Shown piece by piece: positions 27,347 to 35,422 of a stretch of 38,068 bases of DNA; within the stretch, counting starts at the first letter, position 1, and each line of letters starts with the position of its first letter. The notes below the pieces were generated by a model. That model did no database searches and was not told the DNA's origin. It was given only the letters and a program-made list of their open reading frames with translations. Position numbers and translations under genes: made by a program. This DNA is from Gammaproteobacteria bacterium (lineage in GTDB: Bacteria; Pseudomonadota; Gammaproteobacteria; Burkholderiales; SG8-39): positions 1 through 38,068 of the forward strand of contig JBGOTT010000003.1 in the NCBI GenBank assembly GCA_041476585.1. The letters are read 5' to 3'.

Positions 27347-27772
27347 TTAACTATAGGATATGTTCGACAAGGCAGGATACCCGTCACGCTTAAGTGCCTG
27401 AAACAAAAGGAGCCGGAATTTGAGCCCCGAACTTTAGGCGAGCACTTCAAGCGCTATCGCCTCCAGCGCAAGCTGAGCCAGATTGCGGCGGCGCGGGTCC
27501 TCGAAGTGAACCCCTGCACGATCCTGAACTGGGAAAAGGGCCATACGGAACCACCCGTCGAGGCCGTGCCGGCGCCACTTCGGTTCCTCGGCTACGACCC
27601 TTTCCCGGAGCCTAGGACCCTCGCGGAGCGCCTGCTCGCCATGCGCAGGGCAATGGGTTGGTCAATTCGACAAGCCGCCCGACAGCTCGGGGTCGACCGC
27701 GATATCGACCGGGTCATGGGCGCACGCTGGATTCTTTCGCACGAAAAAGAATCGGTTGCCAAATCGGGGTAA
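27347..27772 (+). pseudogene. Tandem XRE/Cro-type HTH protein, probably degenerate
   Basis: Two EPRTL-initiated HTH units (LSQIAAARVLEVNPCTILNWEKG; WSIRQAARQLGVD). The second lacks the WE.G ending, and the start is unclear. Confidence 0.6.
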
Positions 27773-27784
27773 CTCTCTCGTTCT

Positions 27785-27829
27785 CGGAAACTGACTATCC
27801 GTTCGGACCGGTTTTCGGGGAGACCTTCA
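27785..27829. mobile_element. Possible orphan IS3-family-like terminal repeat
   Basis: The minus strand reads TGAAGGTCTCCCCGAAAACCGGTCC..., a TGA...CCCC...GGTCC layout like IS3 ends. It lies at a module boundary. Confidence 0.4.
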
Positions 27830-27892
27830 AGGCAGGTGGTACTCTTTCTGCCATTGGACCTAAATTGCAAGTAGCTCAGAAGGGCGTCGCCG

Positions 27893-29542
27893 ATGAAGCG
27901 CACATTCTCCGTTACATCCGGCAATCAATTGCGATGCCGCGGCTGGCGCCAGGAGGCATTGCTGCGTCTGCTGGAGAATGTGCTGTGCGTCGGTGAAGAC
28001 CCCGACAATCTCGTGGTCTATGCGGCTCTGGGACGCGCGGCCCGCGACTGGCCCTCGCATGACAAGATCGTCGAAACGCTGAAGACGATCGAGGACGGCG
28101 AGACTCTTCTCGTGCAATCCGGCAAGCCGATCGGCGTGCTCCGCACCCATTCCAGGGCGCCGGTCGTCATCATGGCCAATTGCAACATTGTCGGCCAATG
28201 GGCGAAGGCCGAGAATTTCTATGAATTGGCGGAGAAGAATCTGATCTGCTGGGGCGGCCTCACCGCCGGAGCCTGGCAATATATCGGCTCGCAAGGCGTC
28301 ATTCAGGGTACCTATGAGATCTTCATGCGCATCGCCGCGAAATATTTCGGCGGCGATCTGGCCGGCCGGTTTGTTCTGACCGCCGGTCTCGGCGGGATGG
28401 GCGGCGCGCAGCCGCTCGCCGGCACGATGGCGAAAGCTGCGATCCTGTGCATCGATGTGGACGAGAAGCGCATCGACAAGCGCATGGCCATCGGCTTCCT
28501 CGACGCCAAGGCGGAGTCGCTCGACGAAGCTCTCGACATGATTCGCAAGGCGCAGGCCGGGAGGCGCCCGCTCTCGGTCGGCCTGTGCGGCAACGCGGCG
28601 GATATCTATCCCGAGATTGCAAGCCGCGGCATTGTTCCGGATGTTGTCACCGACCAGACCTCCGCGCACGATCTGGTATATGGCTATGTGCCGTCCGGCC
28701 GCACGCTCGACGAGGTGCGCGCGATGCGGACCGGCAACCCGCAAAAGCTGATCGAGGAATCCACCCGCTCCATCGTGCGGCATGTCACGGCCATGCTCGC
28801 ATTCCAGAAGAAAGGCGCCGTAGTTTTCGACAACGGCAATCTGATCCGCACGCAGGCTAAGAATGGCGGCGTCGGCAACGCCTTCGACATTCCGATCTTC
28901 ACGGAGGCCTTTTTGCGTCCCCTCTTCGCGCGCGCCGTCGGTCCGTTTCGATGGATCGCCTTGTCGGGTAATCCCGAAGATATCCGAAAGATCGATGATC
29001 TCCTGCTCGAGCGCTTCCGCGACAACCACATCGTGTCGAACTGGGTGCGGCTCGCGCGCAAGCATGTGCCGTTCGAGGGACTGCCCGCGCGCATTGCCTG
29101 GCTCGGGCATGGCGAGCGGACGGAACTGGGGCTTGCGGTCAACAGGATGGTGCGGGACGGAACGCTGTCCGCACCGGTTGCTTTCACGCGCGATCATCTC
29201 GATGCCGGCGCGATGGCGCATCCCAATATCATGACGGAAAACATGCGCGACGGATCGGATGCCATCGCCGACTGGCCTCTGCTCAATGCGATGGTGCATT
29301 GCGCGTCGCAGGCCGATCTCGTCGCCATTCATTCCGGCGGCGGCGGCTATTCCGGCTATATGACGAGCTCTGGGGTGACGCTCATCGCAGACGGCACCGA
29401 CGCCGCCGATGAGCGGCTGTCGCTGTCGCTGACCAACGACACCAGTACCGGCGTGATGCGTTATGCCGATGCCGGCTATGACGACGCGCTGGACGAGGCC
29501 AAGCGGAAGAATATCAATCACTTCCGGCTTTCGTCCCATTGA
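27893..29542 (+). CDS. hutU: Urocanate hydratase family protein (divergent HutU-like)
   Basis: LVVY...GRAARDW, ETLLVQSGKP, YIGSQGVIQGTYE, LTAGLGGMGGAQPLA, TDQTSAHD, GPFRWIALSG, GLPARIAWLG, RDHLD, DGSDAIADWPLLNA, GVMRYADAGY. The family is clear; the substrate is uncertain. Confidence 0.9.
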   Translation: MKRTFSVTSGNQLRCRGWRQEALLRLLENVLCVGEDPDNLVVYAALGRAARDWPSHDKIVETLKTIEDGETLLVQSGKPIGVLRTHSRAPVVIMANCNIVGQWAKAENFYELAEKNLICWGGLTAGAWQYIGSQGVIQGTYEIFMRIAAKYFGGDLAGRFVLTAGLGGMGGAQPLAGTMAKAAILCIDVDEKRIDKRMAIGFLDAKAESLDEALDMIRKAQAGRRPLSVGLCGNAADIYPEIASRGIVPDVVTDQTSAHDLVYGYVPSGRTLDEVRAMRTGNPQKLIEESTRSIVRHVTAMLAFQKKGAVVFDNGNLIRTQAKNGGVGNAFDIPIFTEAFLRPLFARAVGPFRWIALSGNPEDIRKIDDLLLERFRDNHIVSNWVRLARKHVPFEGLPARIAWLGHGERTELGLAVNRMVRDGTLSAPVAFTRDHLDAGAMAHPNIMTENMRDGSDAIADWPLLNAMVHCASQADLVAIHSGGGGYSGYMTSSGVTLIADGTDAADERLSLSLTNDTSTGVMRYADAGYDDALDEAKRKNINHFRLSSH

Positions 29543-29583
29543 GACGGAGCAAACCGGACCAACGGCGCAGCGGCGGCAGAAAA

Positions 29584-29730
29584 ATGACCGACCGAAGTAT
29601 GCGCGGGTTCGTCTCCGCCCTCGGCACGTGTGGCGATCTGCATCGCGTGACGCGGCCGGTCGATCTACGTTTCGAGCTGGGCGCCGTGCTGGCACTGCGC
29701 GATCGCGGCCCCGCCATGCTGTTCGAGAAA
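29584..29730 (+). pseudogene. UbiD-family decarboxylase N-terminal fragment (49 codons)
   Basis: MTDRSMRGFVSALGTCGDLHRVTRPVDLRFELGAVL...GPAMLFEK parallels the N-terminus of the intact UbiD at 35423 (SLRSFLAELE...RITEPVDPVFEI...AALFES). Confidence 0.75.
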
Positions 29731-29807
29731 GGCACCACGGGCCCTTTTCCATGTGGCCCATTTACCCACGCTAATTTCGGCGCTTCCCGGCAGCCCTTCT
29801 TCTCTAG

Positions 29808-30404
29808 CTAACGACGCGTAGTCTCTTAGGTGTGGTGAACGCCGCGCCATTTTCCTTTTTCAATGTACTCGGCGAGGACCCACCGATCCTCATGATCAGC
29901 ATCGAGAACCGCGACACCGGGCCGATGAAGGACACCTCGCGTAACATCGTGGAGACCAAAGAGTTCGTTGTTAATATCGTGAATGAGGGCACTGTCGAGA
30001 AAATGTACGCCTGTTCTCTGGACTATCCACCGGAGGTCAGCGAGGCCACGATGGTTGGACTCGCGTTGGCGCCTTCGCGCTCGATTTCGCTTCACAGGCG
30101 CGCGCAGCGTGCGCTCGGTCTTGATCACAAACTCGCCGGAGAGCTTGCGATTGACCGCAGCGTGGCGGAGCTCTCTAGGGAAGAGCTTGTGTGGAAGCGT
30201 TTGAGCGCTGTCGGAAAGAAACTGCGTGACGAGCACGGCGCCGGTGTCCTCATCCTTGGCTGCGCCGGCATGGCGCGCTACCGTGCCCGGCTGGAAGACC
30301 AGCTCGGGATTCCTGTCGTGGATCCTACCCAGGCAGCCGTAGGCATGGCGATGGGAGTGCTTCTGGCGAGGCGCGCCGCTATCGCGGATAAGCGTGCCGC
30401 CTAG
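29808..30404 (+). pseudogene. In-frame chimera: internal flavin reductase (DIM6/NTAB) fragment plus hydantoin racemase C-terminal half
   Basis: TT..GVVNAAPFSFFNV..DPP..KDTSRNIVETKEFVVNIV up to about 30085, then GAGVLILGCAGMARYRARLEDQLGIPVVDPTQAAV. Confidence 0.8.
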
Positions 30405-30405
30405 G

Positions 30406-31080
30406 CTAACGGACGACGATGCTCTTGTGCTCCAGGCGCGACACCAGGCGTACAAGTGGCCATAGCATCACGAGGTAAACGAGCGCTGCTACCACGATCG
30501 GAGTGGCGTTGTAGGTGAGCGCTTGGGCGTTCCGCGCATTGTTTAGCAGTTCTGAGAATCCTACAACGCTCGCGAGCGTCGTCAGCTTGATCACTTCGAG
30601 CGTATTGCTAATCAGGTCCGGGAGGACGTTTCGGACGGCCTGAGGCAGGATCACCCAAAATGTCGCCTGCCCGCGGGATAGCCCGGTCGATCGGGCCGCC
30701 TCCACCTGGCCACGCGAGATGCTCTCAATGCCTGCGCGGAAAATCTCGCCGTAGTAACTCGAAGTATTGAGCAAAAACGCGAGCGCAACGGTCGCGAACA
30801 GCGGCAGATCCACGCCGAGGAACGGCAATCCGCCGTAAATGAAGAGCATTAGCACCAGCGGCGGGAAGGCGCGGAAAAAGTCTACATACGCAATCAGGAA
30901 TCGGTTGATCCAACGCAGGTGCAAGTGATAGATCAACGCGACAGCGAGACCGCCCGCCAAACCGGCAGGCACAATCACGAGCGATAGCAGCAACGTCATG
31001 CCCAATCCGCTCAGCAGAAAAGGCCAAACGCGCTCGATGATTGCGACGTTTAGGAAGTACTGCAGGATCTGGTCCATCAC
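30406..31080 (-). CDS. Polar amino acid ABC transporter permease
   Basis: YVDFFRAFPPLV, SYYGEIFRAGIESISRGQVEAARSTG (EAA loop), VILPQA. Confidence 0.93.
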   Translation of the reverse strand: MMDQILQYFLNVAIIERVWPFLLSGLGMTLLLSLVIVPAGLAGGLAVALIYHLHLRWINRFLIAYVDFFRAFPPLVLMLFIYGGLPFLGVDLPLFATVALAFLLNTSSYYGEIFRAGIESISRGQVEAARSTGLSRGQATFWVILPQAVRNVLPDLISNTLEVIKLTTLASVVGFSELLNNARNAQALTYNATPIVVAALVYLVMLWPLVRLVSRLEHKSIVVR

Positions 31081-31081
31081 G

Positions 31082-31759
31082 CTACCGCTTCCAGGCGAAG
31101 CGTGTCTCGATCCAGCGGCTAAGAATGACCACCGGAACGAAGAGGATCAGATAGGCGAGGGCGCCCAAAGTGAGCGGTGTCGGATTGCCCGCCTCGCTCG
31201 CGCCCGATGAGGCGTGATAGATGATTTCGTGGACCGCCACCACCGATCCGAGCGCCGTGCCTTTGGTGATCGCGATCATGCGGTTGGTGAGGGGAGGAAT
31301 GGTGATTCTTACTGCCTGCGGCAGGATTACGTTCACCAGCGCCTGCAGGCGCGACATGCCGGTTGAGCGCGCTGCTTCTGTCTGCCCTTTCGGAATAGAG
31401 AGGATTCCAGCCCAGAAGATTTCCTCGGCAAAAGCGGCGAGCACCATCGAGAGCGCCAGCCAGGTCGCTGTGAATGCATTCATGGAAAGCCCGATGTAGG
31501 GAAACGCAAAGAACAGCACGATGATCACAACGAGCGGCGGCAGCGCGCGAAACGCATCCGCGAAGATCACAATCAGGAAGCTTGCTGGTTGGAAGTGAAA
31601 TGAGCGCGCCACGGCGAGCGCGAGCCCAATAGAGAGGCCCGTTCCGATCACTGCGAGACCGAGATACGTAGTGACCCAGAACCCGTCTACGATGTCCAGC
31701 CAGTAGCGCGCCGCCACATCGGCGTTAAAGAAGCTGAATACGAGGCGCTCGAACTCCAC
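31082..31759 (-). CDS. Polar amino acid ABC transporter permease
   Basis: FRALPPLV, EEIFWAGILSIPKGQTEAARSTG, VILPQAVRITIPPLTN. Confidence 0.93.
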   Translation of the reverse strand: MEFERLVFSFFNADVAARYWLDIVDGFWVTTYLGLAVIGTGLSIGLALAVARSFHFQPASFLIVIFADAFRALPPLVVIIVLFFAFPYIGLSMNAFTATWLALSMVLAAFAEEIFWAGILSIPKGQTEAARSTGMSRLQALVNVILPQAVRITIPPLTNRMIAITKGTALGSVVAVHEIIYHASSGASEAGNPTPLTLGALAYLILFVPVVILSRWIETRFAWKR

Positions 31760-31764
31760 GCTCG

Positions 31765-32511
31765 TCAGTGGTGATGCGAAATCTGCGCGACGAATTCTCC
31801 TACCCGCGCGTGCTCGGGATTGGAGAAGAGTTTCTCCGGCGGACCCTGCTCGAGGATCGCGCCGCCGTCCATGAACACCACGCGATCGGCGGCCGCGCGG
31901 GCGAACGCCATCTCGTGACTCACTACGACCATGGTCATACCCGATTCACGCAGCTCGCGCATCACGTTGAGTACGCTTCCGACAAGCTCTGGGTCGAGCG
32001 CGCTCGTCGGCTCATCGAACATGACTATTAACGGTTCCAAGGCGAGCGCGCGCGCGATTGCCACCCGTTGCTGCTGTCCACCCGAGAGTTCGTTCGGCCA
32101 AGCCTTTGCTTTATCGGCAAGTCCAACGCGCGTGAGGGCCGCCATGCCCTTTGCGTCAGCGTCGGGACGCGGCATGCCTTGTACCTTGCGCAGCGCGAGC
32201 GTGACGTTTCCGAGCGCATTCATGTGCGGATACAGATTGAACGATTGAAAAACCATGCCAATCTTTTGGCGGATGCGGTTGACATCGACATCATGACGGG
32301 TGATGTCGGAGCCGTCGACGATGACGGAGCCGCGGGTTGGCTCCTCAAGTCGGTTGCAGCAGCGAAGTAGCGTCGATTTGCCCGATCCCGAAGGACCGAT
32401 GATGAAGACGAGCTCGCCTTTGGTGACCGAGAGGTCGATCCCCTTTAGCACCTCAAGCGAGCCAAAGGACTTGTGCAGGCCAATGACCTGGAGGATGGGC
32501 TTACCGGGCAC
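31765..32511 (-). CDS. Polar amino acid ABC transporter ATP-binding protein (GlnQ-like)
   Basis: GPSGSGKST, GMVFQSFNLYPH, LSGGQQQRVAIARAL, FDEPTSALDPELV. Confidence 0.95.
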   Translation of the reverse strand: MPGKPILQVIGLHKSFGSLEVLKGIDLSVTKGELVFIIGPSGSGKSTLLRCCNRLEEPTRGSVIVDGSDITRHDVDVNRIRQKIGMVFQSFNLYPHMNALGNVTLALRKVQGMPRPDADAKGMAALTRVGLADKAKAWPNELSGGQQQRVAIARALALEPLIVMFDEPTSALDPELVGSVLNVMRELRESGMTMVVVSHEMAFARAAADRVVFMDGGAILEQGPPEKLFSNPEHARVGEFVAQISHHH

Positions 32512-32542
32512 AAAAAAATCGGGCGCCGGTACGCGGCGCCCG
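32512..32542 (-). terminator. Intrinsic terminator-like hairpin between the SBP and ATPase genes
   Basis: Minus strand reads CGGGCGCCG-CGTAC-CGGCGCCCG-ATTTTTTT: a 9-bp GC stem plus a U7 tract. Confidence 0.65.
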
Positions 32543-32561
32543 TCGATTCATTCAGATTCGC

Positions 32562-33401
32562 TTAGGAGCATTTCGGGGTAACGGGCTTCGGATCGTAGCC
32601 TTCCATGCCGGGCACCCCGTGGCCCGGCGCAACCTTGTGGACCCACGAATCTGCAGCCGGTTTTAGGCCGAACCACTTCTCGTAGAGGCGCGCAATCGTG
32701 CCATCGAGCTTCATGCACTTTATTACCATCGAGACCTGATCGCGGCCGGCCTTGTCGTCGAGGCGGAACGGCATCGACCAGACAAGGCCGGTCTTGTAGA
32801 TATAGGTGGGTTTTACCGCTGAGTTTTGCTTTGCGGCCCACATGACCACGGTGTGACCGGCCATGTTGGCATCGGCGCGGCCCGAGAGAACCGCCTGCAC
32901 CGCGTCCGCGTTCGTCCCATAGACATCGTACGTGAAGCCGTACTTCTCCGCGTTGGCCTTCGCCCAGCTTTCATAGGCCGATCCCTTGTTAACTGTGATC
33001 TTTTTGCCCCTCAGATCCTCCAGTCCAGTGATGTCCTTGTCGGTCTTTTTCTGAAGGAACATGTAGTCTGTCTCCATGTAGCCCTCGGTGAAGAGCAACG
33101 CTTTGGCGCGCTCCGGCGTTACCGTGGTCGGGGCAATCAGGAAGTCATACTTTTTTGCGTTCAGGCCGGGAATCAGCGCCGAGAATTCGGTGCCATCAAT
33201 GGTTATTGACCGTCCCATTCGTCGCGCAAGCTCATTGGCGAGGTCAATGTTGAAGCCTTCGAGTCCTCCGCCGAGTTTTGGCATCGCGTGCGGGGCGAAT
33301 GTCGCGTCGATGCCGGTGCGAATCGGAGGTTGCTGGGCGTTGACAGCTACGCTCCATGCGGCAAACGCAGCAATGGCAAGATGAAGTAAGCGTGGAGTCA
33401 T
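32562..33401 (-). CDS. Polar amino acid ABC substrate-binding protein (SBP family 3)
   Basis: Signal peptide MTPRLLHL..AVNA, DATFAP, LEGFNIDL, FSALIPGL, VTPERAK, LYEKWFG. Start 33401 is preferred over 33446. Confidence 0.93.
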   Translation of the reverse strand: MTPRLLHLAIAAFAAWSVAVNAQQPPIRTGIDATFAPHAMPKLGGGLEGFNIDLANELARRMGRSITIDGTEFSALIPGLNAKKYDFLIAPTTVTPERAKALLFTEGYMETDYMFLQKKTDKDITGLEDLRGKKITVNKGSAYESWAKANAEKYGFTYDVYGTNADAVQAVLSGRADANMAGHTVVMWAAKQNSAVKPTYIYKTGLVWSMPFRLDDKAGRDQVSMVIKCMKLDGTIARLYEKWFGLKPAADSWVHKVAPGHGVPGMEGYDPKPVTPKCS

Positions 33402-33456
33402 GATTGGGTACCCCTTTGGCAATTCTTCCGATTCAGCAAAGATCATAGCAGTAGCG

Positions 33457-35001
33457 TCAGGCGCGGCTATTCACCCGGTAGAACGGCTTATCTACCATGC
33501 CTTCGTGCCAGGTCTTGTACCAGGCCTGCGCGTAAGGCTTGATTCTTGCCAGCATGTCTGCACGGTTTTGGTGCTCGGACGAGAGCCCTTTCGAGCAGAA
33601 TTCGCGGACCGCGGCGAAGAGCGCATCCACGTCAAGCAGCAAGAGCTTGCCGTCCTCCATAACAAGCCTGCCTCCCACAACAACGGTGGCAACATCGCTG
33701 CCCACCGCGCGCTCCACGAACGCCTCAACGATATCCGAGCGCGGATCGAGCCAAGGTTCATTCTCGACCCGCTCGAGATCCACCAGCACGGCATCCGCCT
33801 TCATGCCGGGGACAAGTGCACCGGTCTCACCTTCGAAGCCGCAGACACGCGCCCCGTTGAGCGTCGCAATCTCGAAGGCCTCGTAGGCATCGAGGGGCGG
33901 CTCGGTCAACTCGAAGGTGGAGAGGCGGTGCACTTTGTGCATCATGCGTAGCTCCATTACGGCGTCCTCGTCGTCGTTGATCGTCTTGTCATCCAACCCC
34001 ATCGCCACGTTGACTCCGGCTTTGCGCATCTGCATCACTGGGGTGATGCCGTTCCTCATGATGAAGTTGCAGCTCGGGTGATTCGTGACAGAGGCGCCAC
34101 GCCGCCCCATGAGCTCGATATCGGCCTCGGTAACATGAATAGCATGGCCGAAAGTGATGTTTCTTGCGACCAGACCGACCTCGTCCAGCCATTGCATGGT
34201 GGGTTTGCCGTGGCGGCGTAGGCCGTAGGCCTTTTGGATTGGCGTTTGAAGTGTATGCATGTGGATCTGTACGCCTCCCAGGGCAGACGCGGTGTCGACG
34301 ATCTTGCGTGCGAAACCCTCGGTTAGGCCATGTGCCCAGGAAGGCGAGAGCAGCACCCGGGTTTCAGCGTCGTTATAGCGCGCATGCAGATCGCCAATTA
34401 GGCCGAAATAGTCCTGCTCGATCTGCTTTTTATCGTAGAAGACGCGCGAGCGGGCCCATTCCTTCAGGTCCTGGGGAAGCGTCTCAAAAAAAGCGAATTC
34501 GTCTAGCGCCAATTTCGACTCGTCACGCACCCCCGGTGAGAAAGCGAGCCGTATTCCGGATTTAAGGTAGGTATTGATAGCGGTGTGAGCCCGCTCGCGA
34601 CCAATCTGCCCATCGTCGTCAAAGCCGTTGTGGTGTAGCAGCGTGCAGCCAGAGCGAATGTGATGGTAGGCGGTCATCGCGGCGCATAGCTCCGGCGGCA
34701 GCAGTTGCATATAGGCCCAGTCGAAGAGCGCGTTCTCCAGGAAATCGTTCCTCACGCCCTTTTGTATTGGTGACATGCCGCGGCCATGGCTGTGGGCATC
34801 CACCAGGCCCGGAATGAGCAACTGCCGACCATTGCCAAGTAGGCGCGCGCGCGGGTACCCCGCGCGCAAGTCGGCGAAGGTGCCGACCGCGGCAATGCGT
34901 CCGCCCTCGATCGCAATCGCACCATCGCGGATCACGCCCTTTTCCTTCATTCGCGGATCAGTGAGTGCGTATTTGCCGCGAAGAATCATCACGTCGCCCA
35001 T
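33457..35001 (-). CDS. Metal-dependent amidohydrolase (AtzA / MTA-SAH deaminase / guanine deaminase-like fold)
   Basis: PGLVDAHSH, HMHTLQT, GHAIHV, NHPSCN, AMGLDD, ATLNGA, GALVPGMKAD; TAAGGAG RBS before the ATG at 35001. Confidence 0.88.
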   Translation of the reverse strand: MGDVMILRGKYALTDPRMKEKGVIRDGAIAIEGGRIAAVGTFADLRAGYPRARLLGNGRQLLIPGLVDAHSHGRGMSPIQKGVRNDFLENALFDWAYMQLLPPELCAAMTAYHHIRSGCTLLHHNGFDDDGQIGRERAHTAINTYLKSGIRLAFSPGVRDESKLALDEFAFFETLPQDLKEWARSRVFYDKKQIEQDYFGLIGDLHARYNDAETRVLLSPSWAHGLTEGFARKIVDTASALGGVQIHMHTLQTPIQKAYGLRRHGKPTMQWLDEVGLVARNITFGHAIHVTEADIELMGRRGASVTNHPSCNFIMRNGITPVMQMRKAGVNVAMGLDDKTINDDEDAVMELRMMHKVHRLSTFELTEPPLDAYEAFEIATLNGARVCGFEGETGALVPGMKADAVLVDLERVENEPWLDPRSDIVEAFVERAVGSDVATVVVGGRLVMEDGKLLLLDVDALFAAVREFCSKGLSSEHQNRADMLARIKPYAQAWYKTWHEGMVDKPFYRVNSRA

Positions 35002-35011
35002 GACAGTCTCC

Positions 35012-35158
35012 TTAACGCAACGGCTCACCGGCACCGATCCGATCGACGATGAACTTGTAATGCTCGGGCCGGCGGTGTGCAGCGAAATTGAACATGGTCT
35101 TTCTCAGGTTGGCGGCGAGGTCGATGTCGCAGTTGTAGCATATGACTTCGTCCTTCGC
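35012..35158 (-). pseudogene. C-terminal remnant of an N-carbamoyl-D-amino-acid amidohydrolase (nitrilase superfamily)
   Basis: Translated by hand (not in the ORF track): AKDEVICYNCDIDLAANLRKTMFNFAAHRRPEHYKFIVDRIGAGEPLR*. The DEVI...D.D...FNF..HR.P.HY pattern is the D-carbamoylase tail, and its stop overlaps the next gene's RBS. Confidence 0.75.
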
Positions 35159-35159
35159 C

Positions 35160-35226
35160 CGCGGTCGGCGGCGGCGAGAACGTCGAGCATCTGCGCGTCC
35201 GACAGCTTAAGTAGGCCGTACGTCAT
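35160..35226 (-). pseudogene. Short internal remnant resembling dihydropyrimidinase/D-hydantoinase
   Basis: MTYGLLKLSDAQMLDVLAAADR resembles the segment that follows K.FMTY in hydantoinases; only about 22 codons. Confidence 0.45.
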
Positions 35227-35422
35227 GTCAGGACTAGTCTTCCTCTTGCGTCGATATCGCGCGCGCCAGCAGGCAGGTCTTGAGTGAGCGCGGCAATACG
35301 CCCATCTTGGATTCCGATATCGCAGCTGCGAGTTTCTGTGGCGGTAGCCACAGTGCCGCCTCGGACAGTCAGATCAAAGCTCATAGAAGCTAGAATAATG
35401 TTATCAAATTGCGGAGCATTCC

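Noticed and set aside
27893-35001. Canonical histidine utilisation (hut) locus, or a complete ergothioneine pathway
   Set aside because: No histidine ammonia-lyase/ergothionase, HutI, HutG or HutC is recognisable in the window.
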